A stretch of 64,000 bases of DNA, from NCBI GenBank assembly GCA_019509785.1, contig JAEKLQ010000037.1:3324-67323 (forward strand), in the 5' to 3' direction. Origin of the DNA: Fibrobacterota bacterium (GTDB lineage: Bacteria; Fibrobacterota; Fibrobacteria; UBA11236). The translations under genes and the position numbers were made by a program. The notes under the pieces are model-generated. The model ran no database searches, was not told the DNA's origin, and was given only the letters and a program-made list of their open reading frames with translations. Shown here piece by piece: positions 18,137 through 28,668 of the stretch (position 1 is its first letter; every line of letters starts with the position of its first letter).

Positions 18137-21100
18137 ATGCGATTCCAACGCGTCCTTTGGGCTTGGGCCGCCTGCGCGTGCCTCCTCCTGGTATCCCTTT
18201 TCATCTGGTCTTGCAACACCGCTCCCGCGGACGAAAACAGCATCACCCTGAATCTGGATTCATCCCGGGTCGGGAAATTCGATAGCGTCCTGGTCGAGAT
18301 CTTCAACGGGGCCGCGCCCGCGGCCGGGGATACGACCCGCCCCGTACAGTCACAAACCATAAAGCTGCAGGCCTCCACCAAGCAGATCACCATCAAGCTG
18401 AGCTCGAAGGTCAAACCGGATTTCTCGGTAGTGGTGACCGGCTACTCCGGGGATCAAGTCGCCTATCGTAACCTGCACACGGTGGACGGGTTCGGCTCGC
18501 CGGATAGTACCAAGCCCGCGGTGCTCCTCATCTCCCGCATCTTGGCCGATAGCCTTACCCTGAACGTAGGGGAGACGCGCTCGCCTGCGATCAAGTTCGA
18601 ACCCGAGAATCCGGGGGACAAGCGCATCGTGCTTAAATCCTTGGATACCACCCTGGTCGCCGTGGCGGGGGATAGTATCAAGGGCCTCGCCGCCGGCAAG
18701 GCCCACGTCGAAGCCTTGACGGCGGATGGCAAGATCAAGGTGACCTTCACGGTCAACGTGGCCGTGGTGCGCGTGACCGGGCTGCTGGCGGATACCCTTC
18801 AGCTTAGGGTGGGGGATAGCGTGGCGCCCGAGGTCCGCATCGTACCGGACAATGCCACCGACAAGGAATTTACCGAGGAAAGCCTGGACAGCGGCTTGAT
18901 AGCGGTGGATGGCAAGAAGGTGATCGGCCTCAAGGCCGGGCAGGCCAAACTAGTCCTGGCGTCCCGCGATGGCGGGGCCAAGGATACCCTCATCGTACGC
19001 GTACGGGTGCCGGTGGGCGGGATCGGCGCTAAGGATCAAACGAAAGAGGTGGGGGATCGATTCCCTCCCGTGCTGGAATTCCAACCGGCGGACGCGACCC
19101 GTAAAGGATATACGCTAACGACCAGCGACAGTTCCAAAGTGGCGGTGGTCGGGGATAAGGACAGTCTCGAGGCCATGTCCGTCGGCTCGGCGAAGATCAC
19201 GGTCAAGACCAATGACGGCGGCTTCACCGCGACATTCACGGTGGACGTGGTGCGTAAGGTTATCCATGTGAAAGCCATTACGTCGGATAGCCTGCGGGCC
19301 TTGCCGGGCGATACCTTGGCGGTCCAGCTGACTTTCGATCCGGCCAATGCCACCGACCAGGGATTCACCCTCAAGAGCCTGGACACGGCTTTGGCGGAGG
19401 TGGATGGGAACAAGTTGATCGCGAAGGCGGTCGGGAAGGCGAAGATCGTGGCCGCCACGGTGGACGGGGATCTCCGCGATACCATCGACTTTACCGTCGC
19501 GCTCGCCAATTTCATTCAGGACATCAAGCCGATCACCAGTTCCAAATGCGCCCCTTGCCACATCCCCCCGGCGACCTTCAATTGGACCGATTCGGCGCAG
19601 CTCGTGCGCAAAGGCCCGATAGCCATGCTCCGGCTCACCCTTCCGGATACGGCCGTTGGCCACATGCCGGTGGCGGGCGCTACGGGCGGGCCGATCACCC
19701 AGCGGGAATTGCGGGTGCTCTTGGGATGGCTAGGGCGCGTCTCGGTCCCCTTGGCTTCCATCGCGGTCAAGGATACCGAGGTTAACATGGGCGATACCCT
19801 GGCCGCGCCTATCACCTTCAATCCCGTCAACGCGTCCAATCAGGATTTCATCTTGACCACCCTGGATACGTCAATCGTGACCGTCGTGGGTAAGCGCCTG
19901 GTCGCGGCGGGCGTGGGTTCCACGTCCATAGACGTCCTTCTCGACGAGGGCGGCCGCCATTCCAAATTCAAGGTTACGGTGGACCTGCCCTCGTTCCTGA
20001 AAAACGTTCAACCCATCACCACCGTCAAATGCACGCCCTGCCATGGCCCCGATCAGGTCTTCAACTGGCAGGATTCCTCGGCCCTGATAGGGGATGGCTC
20101 CAATGCCTTGGATCGCTTGACGCGGGACGCCAACGCGCCCGGGAAGATGCCGCTGAAGGGCGCGCCCAACGGCGATCTCACCCCGGCCGAGCTGCGCATC
20201 CTGCTGACATGGTTGAACTCGAAAGTGGTTCCCCTCAAAGGCATCACCGTTCCAGACGACAGCCTGGTGCTGGAGACCCAGAAGGAACCGGCCATCGTCT
20301 GGAATCCCGCCAACGCCACCAACAAATCCTTCATCCTGGTCAGCGCCGATACGGCCAAGGTGGGCATCCTGGGTACCCGTATGCTGGGCAAGGCCCTGAG
20401 TGCAGGGACAACGGTGGAAGTGCGCGCCATCGACGGGGGATTCTCCAAGCTGATCTTGGTCAAGGTGCTTCCCATCAAGGTCGATTCGATCGCCGTGCAC
20501 GATACCGCATGCGCGGTCGGGGATTCGGTCTACCTGAAGCCGGTCTTTTTCCCGGCCAATGCGTCCAACCAGGCCTTCACGGTGGTCTCCAAGATCGCCA
20601 GCCCCAAGGTCAAGATCGATTCGGGTTTCAAAATCACCGGCATGATTCTCGGCAAGGACACCTTGGAAGCCTCCTCCACCGACGGCGGCAAGAAAGCCCG
20701 CTTCGTCTTCACGGTGGGCCCGGTTATCCCGAAGTCGATTATCATCCCGGATACCAACGGCACTGTTTCCGGGGCCCTGATCAGCCCCCGCTTGATCTGG
20801 AATCCGACCACCACCACCGATAAGTCGTTTACCTTGGCGATCACCGCGGGCGATACCGTCAACGTGGCCGCGGTGCGCGGAACCCAGTTGCTCCCGAAGG
20901 CCTCGGTGGGCCAGGTAACCGTGGTAGCGACCTCGATCGCCGATCCCACCGTCAAGGCGACCTTCAAGTTCAGCGTGGGACCGGTCGGCGTCATCAGTTT
21001 TTCGACCGCCCCGATTACGACGAACATCGGATTCCTCCTGGCCCCATCCATCACATGGAACCCGGCCAATGCCACCAACAAGTCAATCGCCTTGACCCTG

Positions 21101-21475
21101 GCGGCGGGGGATACCGGCTTGGTCCTCAATGGCGCCGCGACCGCGATCACGACCAAACATCTGGGCCTGCATAGCGTGACGGTGAAGTCCCTGGACAGCA
21201 ATAAGACCGCGCCCTGGTCGGTGAACGTTATCCGGACTTCGTTTACTGCTAACATTTTGGGAATCACTACCTCGAGGTGCAGCGCCTGCCACAATGCATC
21301 CACCAACCAATTGACCCAGCCGAATTGGATGGATTCAGCCACGGTCGTGTCCTTTGCCGCGGCCATCAAGGATCGCATCAGCCGGTCCAGCCTGGCCGCT
21401 GGATATATGCCTCAAGGCTCCACCATGGGGGCTGACACCATCGCCGTCATCACGAATTGGCTGAATCAGAATTGA
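18137..21475 (+). CDS. Large secreted/surface protein: nine Big_2-type Ig-like repeats interleaved with three CxxCH (c-type haem-binding-like) modules
   Basis: Signal peptide MRFQRVLWAWAACACLLLVSLFIWSC (possible lipobox). Repeats of about 75 aa carry P-x-NAT-[DN]-[KQ]. CAPCH is at 19547-19561, CTPCH at 20030-20044 and CSACH at 21278-21292, each followed by an xMP and an L..WL segment. An alternative start is at 18095. Confidence 0.8.
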   Translation: MRFQRVLWAWAACACLLLVSLFIWSCNTAPADENSITLNLDSSRVGKFDSVLVEIFNGAAPAAGDTTRPVQSQTIKLQASTKQITIKLSSKVKPDFSVVVTGYSGDQVAYRNLHTVDGFGSPDSTKPAVLLISRILADSLTLNVGETRSPAIKFEPENPGDKRIVLKSLDTTLVAVAGDSIKGLAAGKAHVEALTADGKIKVTFTVNVAVVRVTGLLADTLQLRVGDSVAPEVRIVPDNATDKEFTEESLDSGLIAVDGKKVIGLKAGQAKLVLASRDGGAKDTLIVRVRVPVGGIGAKDQTKEVGDRFPPVLEFQPADATRKGYTLTTSDSSKVAVVGDKDSLEAMSVGSAKITVKTNDGGFTATFTVDVVRKVIHVKAITSDSLRALPGDTLAVQLTFDPANATDQGFTLKSLDTALAEVDGNKLIAKAVGKAKIVAATVDGDLRDTIDFTVALANFIQDIKPITSSKCAPCHIPPATFNWTDSAQLVRKGPIAMLRLTLPDTAVGHMPVAGATGGPITQRELRVLLGWLGRVSVPLASIAVKDTEVNMGDTLAAPITFNPVNASNQDFILTTLDTSIVTVVGKRLVAAGVGSTSIDVLLDEGGRHSKFKVTVDLPSFLKNVQPITTVKCTPCHGPDQVFNWQDSSALIGDGSNALDRLTRDANAPGKMPLKGAPNGDLTPAELRILLTWLNSKVVPLKGITVPDDSLVLETQKEPAIVWNPANATNKSFILVSADTAKVGILGTRMLGKALSAGTTVEVRAIDGGFSKLILVKVLPIKVDSIAVHDTACAVGDSVYLKPVFFPANASNQAFTVVSKIASPKVKIDSGFKITGMILGKDTLEASSTDGGKKARFVFTVGPVIPKSIIIPDTNGTVSGALISPRLIWNPTTTTDKSFTLAITAGDTVNVAAVRGTQLLPKASVGQVTVVATSIADPTVKATFKFSVGPVGVISFSTAPITTNIGFLLAPSITWNPANATNKSIALTLAAGDTGLVLNGAATAITTKHLGLHSVTVKSLDSNKTAPWSVNVIRTSFTANILGITTSRCSACHNASTNQLTQPNWMDSATVVSFAAAIKDRISRSSLAAGYMPQGSTMGADTIAVITNWLNQN

Positions 21476-21569
21476 TCTACTGACGACTTGCGCCGGATTC
21501 GTTCGATCCCTTGGATCCGCCGCCGGTCGAATAGTATTTCAGGCTATCACCCACTTCCCGGGAGTCGCC

Positions 21570-22121
21570 ATGCGCGCCAAGTTCTCCGCACCCTCGATCG
21601 CCCTGGCTTTCGCCCTCGCCCTGGCTTTCCTACCGCATTCAGCCCATGCCGCCAAGGATTCCATCGCGGTAGGTCAGCCCGCTCCGGACTTCACCTTGCC
21701 CGATCAAGATGGCAAGCCGGTGGGTCCCAAGGACTTCTCCGGCCATTGGCTGGTCCTTTATTTTTACCCGAAGGATTTCACGGGCGGATGCACCCTCGAA
21801 GCGCATAACTTCCAACGGGATAGCGCCAAGTACGCCGAGGACGATGCGGCCATCCTCGGGGTCAGCTTGGATACGCCCGGTTCGCATAAGGATTTCTGCG
21901 CCAAGGAAGGCTTGCGTTTCAAGCTTTTGGCCGATAGCGGCGGCACGGTTTCGGCCCGCTACGGATCGCTCAACAATTACTTGGGTAAGAAGCTTTCGGC
22001 GCGGAACACTTTCATCATCGATTCCCAGGGGAAGGTCGCGCGCGTATTCTTGGGCGTAAAGCCCGCGACCCACAGCGAAGAAGTCTTGGCGGCCCTAGCC
22101 GAGCTCCGCAAGCCGAAATGA
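21570..22121 (+). CDS. bcp: Secreted peroxiredoxin (Bcp / AhpC-TSA family)
   Basis: Signal peptide ..FLPHSAHA|AKD. Peroxidatic Cys motif LYFYPKDFTGGCTLEA. Confidence 0.85.
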   Translation: MRAKFSAPSIALAFALALAFLPHSAHAAKDSIAVGQPAPDFTLPDQDGKPVGPKDFSGHWLVLYFYPKDFTGGCTLEAHNFQRDSAKYAEDDAAILGVSLDTPGSHKDFCAKEGLRFKLLADSGGTVSARYGSLNNYLGKKLSARNTFIIDSQGKVARVFLGVKPATHSEEVLAALAELRKPK

Positions 22122-22150
22122 CCGCGTAAAGCAAGCCGGAATGAGCTAGT

Positions 22151-22178
22151 AAAAAAAAGGGGCCCTTCGCAGGCCCCT
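22151..22178 (-). terminator. Rho-independent terminator for the minus-strand OMP gene
   Basis: Read on the minus strand, AGGGGCC/GGCCCCT forms a 7-bp stem followed by U8 (A8 at 22151-22158 on the + strand). Confidence 0.6.
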
Positions 22179-22238
22179 CCCATCCGAACGGGATCTACGA
22201 CCCCGCGGGGCCTATGGGCCCCTGGATATCGCCGCGTT

Positions 22239-23063
22239 CTAGAGCGAGTTGTACAGGCCTTCGTCCAGGGTGAAGAAAAGCTCCAGGCGCACGGCCCGGG
22301 TCTCCTCCATGAACTGCCCGGCCAAAGTGACAGGGAACTGGAGCTCTGCGCTCACGATCTTATTTAAGGTGTAGTACGCGCCCGGGGTCGCCACGAACAG
22401 ATGCGCGCCGTCGTCGGAGGAATTGCCGTCCACTTCCCGGTTGAACATGAAATCGTAGCTAAGCGCCAGGTTCAGGCCCAGGTATTGCCCCCGCGTGGTC
22501 AAGGCCTTCAGGGGCAGCGGGTATTCCGGTTTCGCGTAGAAGCGGATGTCATCGATCTTGCTCTTATGGCTGTCCTCGGTGTTGAACGAGTAGGAAACAT
22601 TGCTCTTCAGATTCAGCATCGGGAAAATCTTGTTGTACATGGCCCCGAAGCTCAGGGTCGCGTAATTTCCCGCGTTCATGATGTCCTCGAAACCCACCGG
22701 CAGCGCGATGGCGAGAAAGCCGCCCAGCCCCTTGGTCGGATCCAGGTATTTCAAAGCCAGCCTGGGGCGATCCAAGCCCGTATGTCCGCTATCGTCCTGG
22801 ATCAGGTAGTTGACCTCCATCGAACCTTCGAGGTTGTCCATCAAGCCGAATTTACCCTGCATGGGCAAGCTCAGGGGATTGTTCTCGTTCTCGACTCCGT
22901 CGCTTTCCCAAGTGTCTTGGTAGACCCCCGTGATGTCCGAGCGTTCCATCCCGACATTGATTTGCATCACCCGGGCCGGGACGGGATTGTATTCGTCGAG
23001 GGCGAAAGGCGCCACGGCCGTGAGGACAACGGTGAAGGAGGCGACCATCAACTTATGCGACAT
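22239..23063 (-). CDS. Putative outer-membrane beta-barrel protein (transporter-like, function unknown)
   Basis: Signal peptide MSHKLMVASFTVVLTAVAPFA. The sequence shows an alternating beta-strand pattern throughout (LNLALSYDFMF, GAYYTLNKIVSAELQFPV, VRLELFFTL). Confidence 0.65.
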   Translation of the reverse strand: MSHKLMVASFTVVLTAVAPFALDEYNPVPARVMQINVGMERSDITGVYQDTWESDGVENENNPLSLPMQGKFGLMDNLEGSMEVNYLIQDDSGHTGLDRPRLALKYLDPTKGLGGFLAIALPVGFEDIMNAGNYATLSFGAMYNKIFPMLNLKSNVSYSFNTEDSHKSKIDDIRFYAKPEYPLPLKALTTRGQYLGLNLALSYDFMFNREVDGNSSDDGAHLFVATPGAYYTLNKIVSAELQFPVTLAGQFMEETRAVRLELFFTLDEGLYNSL

Positions 23064-23261
23064 TCCAGGCTCCTACGCTTGCGATTTGGCTTGCGGGCTT
23101 TGCGGTACTGGCAAAGTTTACCTGAATCGGGGCATGGATTTCAATATTTTGATGCGATCGCCCTAATCAAGGTCGTTTCCGGGCCTGGAAAAGTCCGGAA
23201 TCAGGGGATAGACTATATTACAAGAACTGGTTCCGCAGCCTGCGGGAGCGCCGTTTAGGCC

Positions 23262-23762
23262 ATGAAATTCACCAAGAAAACCGATTACGCTCTCCGTACC
23301 ATGCAGTTCCTGGCCCGCCAATGGTATGGCGGTGATGAGGATCGGGGCGGTGAACCCCGCCCGGTTCCGGTCCAGCAGATCTCCGAACACTGCCATTTGT
23401 CCTTCCGTTTCCTTCACGGGATCGTCTCCAAGCTTTCCAAGGCGCGGCTACTACGCACCTTGCCCGGTCCCAAGGGCGGCATCATGCTGGCGCGCGATCC
23501 GGAGTTCATCCCCATCCTCGAAATCGTCGAGGCCGTGGAAGGCCGGATCAACCTGATGGAATGCCTCGAGCATCCCGAGCACTGCGATGCCTTCCAAGGC
23601 TGCTCCATCATGTCGGTGATGCACGGGGCCCAAGTGGCGCTGGTGCAGAGCTTGGCCAATACCAATCTCAAGCTAATGGTCCGCGCCAAACAGGATCCTT
23701 TCAACCGCGTGCCGGAAAAGCATTTCCTTAAGCCCCAGTTCGGCTGCCCGGTCCTGAAGTAA
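23262..23762 (+). CDS. Rrf2-family transcriptional regulator (IscR/NsrR-like, three-Cys cluster)
   Basis: N-terminus MKFTKKTDYALRTMQFLA. Winged helix ISEHCHLSFRFLHGIVSKLSKARLLRTLPGPKGG. Cys cluster CLEHPEHCDAFQGC (C-x6-C-x5-C). Confidence 0.85.
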   Translation: MKFTKKTDYALRTMQFLARQWYGGDEDRGGEPRPVPVQQISEHCHLSFRFLHGIVSKLSKARLLRTLPGPKGGIMLARDPEFIPILEIVEAVEGRINLMECLEHPEHCDAFQGCSIMSVMHGAQVALVQSLANTNLKLMVRAKQDPFNRVPEKHFLKPQFGCPVLK

Positions 23763-23932
23763 CCGGACCGCAAGCGGGCCGCCTTTTCTCCCGTCAACAT
23801 GGCAATCGGACGCCGGCGTAGGCCGGGCAGAGTCCGGATATCATCAAATGACATCCGCGGGATGGCGGATTCGATTGATCCCCCGCGCGAATTTGAGCAT
23901 TTTTTACCGGTCTAAAACAACAAGGATCCTCC

Positions 23933-25141
23933 ATGAAGTTGCACGAATACCAAGCCAAGGCGATCTTGCGCCAGGCGGGCTTGCCCGTTCCCAAAGGGGA
24001 AGTCGTCTTCAAGGCCGACGAAGTGCCCGCCGCCCTGGCCAAGCTCGGCATGAGCGCGGGCGTGGCCAAGGCCCAGGCTTATACCGGCGGTCGCGGCAAG
24101 GCCGGCGGCATCAAGCTGTTCAAGACCGCGGACGAAGCCAAAGCCATGGCCCAGCAACTCATCGGCATGACCCTGGTGACCAAGCAGACCGGTCCGCAGG
24201 GCGTGAAGATCGAAGCCGTCCTATTGGAAGAGGCCAGCGTTATCAAGCGGGAGCTGTACGTGGCGGTGACCCTCGATCGCGGCAAGGCCAACATCGCCTT
24301 CATCCTGAGCCCGGAAGGCGGGATGGACATCGAGGACGTGGCCGAGAAGACGCCTGAGAAGATCAAGAAGCTGTATCCCGCCTGGGGGCGGAATCTCGAT
24401 GCGGCGCTCGCCGCCGAAGGCGCAAAATTCCTGGGCCTGGAGGGCGAACAGGCCAAAGCCTTCGCCGACATCCTGGAAAAGCTGTACCGGTTGTACCAGG
24501 AGAAGGATTGCAGCCTGCTGGAAATCAATCCCCTGATCGTGAACGACAAGGGCGGCCTGGCCCTCCTGGATTGCAAGTTCAACATCGACGATAACGCCGT
24601 GTACCGGCAAAAGGATACCGGCGGCGACGAGAACGCGGAGAAGGATCCTTCCGAGATCGAAGCGGCCAAATACGGCCTCAGCTATATCAAGCTGGACGGG
24701 GACATCGGCTGCATGGTGAATGGCGCGGGCCTGGCCATGGCCACCATGGATATCATCGCCCATTACGGCGCCCAGCCGGCCAACTTCCTGGACGTGGGCG
24801 GCTCGGCATCGGAAGAGGCCGTCACCAAGGCCTTCGAAATCATCAGTTCGGACAAACACGTGAAGGCCATCTTGGTGAATATCTTCGGGGGCATCATGCC
24901 CTGCGATCGCATCGCCCGCGGCGTCGTCAACGCCGTGAAGACCACGGGCCTCAAGGTGCCGCTGGTAGTGCGTCTGGAAGGCACCAACGTGAAGGAAGGC
25001 AAGGAAGTCATCGACAAATCCGGATTGGATCTCGTCAGCGCGACGGACCTGGAGGATGGCGCGCGCAAGGCGGCCGAAGTCGTGAAAAGCATGAAGGCGG
25101 GAGCCGCCGGCGGCGTCTCCGGCTCCAAAGGAGTAAAGTAA
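23933..25141 (+). CDS. sucC: Succinyl-CoA synthetase beta subunit
   Basis: [22 protein letters not shown].. and [18 protein letters not shown]. The C-terminal tail is somewhat extended. Confidence 0.95.
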   Translation: MKLHEYQAKAILRQAGLPVPKGEVVFKADEVPAALAKLGMSAGVAKAQAYTGGRGKAGGIKLFKTADEAKAMAQQLIGMTLVTKQTGPQGVKIEAVLLEEASVIKRELYVAVTLDRGKANIAFILSPEGGMDIEDVAEKTPEKIKKLYPAWGRNLDAALAAEGAKFLGLEGEQAKAFADILEKLYRLYQEKDCSLLEINPLIVNDKGGLALLDCKFNIDDNAVYRQKDTGGDENAEKDPSEIEAAKYGLSYIKLDGDIGCMVNGAGLAMATMDIIAHYGAQPANFLDVGGSASEEAVTKAFEIISSDKHVKAILVNIFGGIMPCDRIARGVVNAVKTTGLKVPLVVRLEGTNVKEGKEVIDKSGLDLVSATDLEDGARKAAEVVKSMKAGAAGGVSGSKGVK

Positions 25142-25142
25142 G

Positions 25143-27030
<1,888 letters not shown>

Positions 27031-27064
27031 GCCCCGCGGCCCCGGTGAACGGGGCTCGCGTGTT

Positions 27065-27082
27065 CCCGCCCTCACGGGCGGG
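27065..27082. terminator. GC-rich hairpin between convergent mdh and metalloprotease genes (possible bidirectional terminator, no U-tract)
   Basis: CCCGCCC-TCAC-GGGCGGG forms a 7-bp stem. A second hairpin, CCCCG-GTGAA-CGGGG, lies at 27040-27054. Confidence 0.35.
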
Positions 27083-27109
27083 CCGGCCCACGCTATTGGC
27101 GGGGTCGAA

Positions 27110-28387
27110 TCAGTTGCCGTTCCAAAGAAGGCGGGGAACCCCATCCCGCGCTGTCAAGGTCAGGACCCGGGCCGAGGAAGCGTCCAAAGCCCGTCCTAGC
27201 AGATCCAATCCCTCCGGATGGTTCCCATGGGCCTTGCGGAAGGCCCGGGCCAGGGTCAGCGGCATGCCATTGTAAATGACCTGCACGTCCACCCAGCCGT
27301 TCTCATTGTAGGTCCCGGTATTGATCCCGAGCACGGTGAAGGTGGACGTCCCGTATTTGTCCGTAAAGGATTTGCCCGAGGCGAGCACGCCGTCGGTTTC
27401 ATCGTTGCTGGTGCGCGATTGGGGAGTCATGTCCAAGAACCAACTGTCGAGGTTGGTCGGGGTCTTGAAACCCTGGAACATCACCGAAGCCCCGGTCCGG
27501 GAAGACGTAGAGCCACCGCGGTACTCGAACCAATAGGCATAGTTGGGATCCCCCGCGGGAACCTTAAGGCCGATGAGGCGGCCCTTATGCGCGGCATTAT
27601 CCTGGGCATAGACGCGGAACACGCCCGTGGTTTTCACTTCCTTGACCTCGTCGGTATCGGCCCATCCGATGCGCCACTTGTACATCATGTTGAAATGCCC
27701 CGTTGAGCCCCCGCGGCCCATGATGTCGAAAGGGTTGCCGTACTCGTTGGTTTCCGTGGCATTGCCCGGAGTCCCGAACATATCGGTCCCGGCTTCGATG
27801 GAGTGCGCATGCGGCAGCCCTAAGGTATGCCCCAGCTCGTGGCCGGTCACGCCGGAGCTGTAGCTGCCGTTGATCCAATCGGCATCGCGCAGATTGGAAA
27901 GCCCCGCCCAGGTCAGGTTGAGCAGCGGGAAGTTGGCCACGTAGACATCGTAATCGGTGCCGCGTTTCAGGCCGAGGGCGGTGATTTGCTGGGTGATCCA
28001 GGTTTGCAGGCTGGTGAAATCGGCCGCATAGTCGTTACGGGTGCCGGGCGCGTTGAGCACGGTCGGATAGACGCTCCAGGTCCATTCGAAGAGATTGCGG
28101 GACATCGCGTGGTATTGCACGTTGATGGCCGCGTTGGTTTTGCTGATGGTGGAGTCGGTGGTCGCGTAAGCGGCATCGGAAAAACCGACCCGAATCACCA
28201 GGGCCTTCAGGGTCCCGGACCAGACCTTGGTCACCTTCGGGAGATCGGCGGATTTCCCCAAGGACGGGGCTAAGGCATCTTGGGAACCGCAGATGAATCC
28301 GGCGTCATCGCCTTGGGCCAATACGTTCCCAAGACTTAGGGCTACCGAAAAGGCGAGCAAGCGCAATTTCCCTGTGTAAGTTATCAT
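27110..28387 (-). CDS. Secreted zinc metalloprotease, metzincin-type (HExxHxxGxxH)
   Basis: Signal peptide MITYTGKLRLLAFSVALSLGNVLAQG. Zinc motif HELGHTLGLPHAH. Start moved to the ATG at 28387 so that the signal peptide is N-terminal. Confidence 0.8.
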   Translation of the reverse strand: MITYTGKLRLLAFSVALSLGNVLAQGDDAGFICGSQDALAPSLGKSADLPKVTKVWSGTLKALVIRVGFSDAAYATTDSTISKTNAAINVQYHAMSRNLFEWTWSVYPTVLNAPGTRNDYAADFTSLQTWITQQITALGLKRGTDYDVYVANFPLLNLTWAGLSNLRDADWINGSYSSGVTGHELGHTLGLPHAHSIEAGTDMFGTPGNATETNEYGNPFDIMGRGGSTGHFNMMYKWRIGWADTDEVKEVKTTGVFRVYAQDNAAHKGRLIGLKVPAGDPNYAYWFEYRGGSTSSRTGASVMFQGFKTPTNLDSWFLDMTPQSRTSNDETDGVLASGKSFTDKYGTSTFTVLGINTGTYNENGWVDVQVIYNGMPLTLARAFRKAHGNHPEGLDLLGRALDASSARVLTLTARDGVPRLLWNGN

Positions 28388-28668
28388 CGTCAATGGAACC
28401 CCTCTAGGAATCCGTAACCCCTGGAAGACAAGCATAGCGGTTCGTAACATATGAGTACAGAAAAATCGCGGGATAGGCACGGTGATTCAAGCCATGGCGG
28501 ATGGGGCCTAGGCGGTTTTCTTTCCGGTATCGGTACCGGGACGCGAAGGCAGTTCGTTTTATGATGGGAGTCATGGTTCCGATTATACCGGCTGGGGCAA
28601 AGGGGGGTAAAAGGAAAAGCGCCATTCCGGCTTCGCGCTTTGGCGCGCGGTTTTCTTCTCTCTGGAAT

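Noticed and set aside
27110-27260. C-terminal tail of the metalloprotease as a T9SS C-terminal sorting domain (..GLDLLGRAL..LLWNGN)
   Set aside because: Only a short DLLGR/W-x-G resemblance to the Por_Secre_tail consensus is present, and the tail looks too short or truncated. It cannot be supported without an HMM search.
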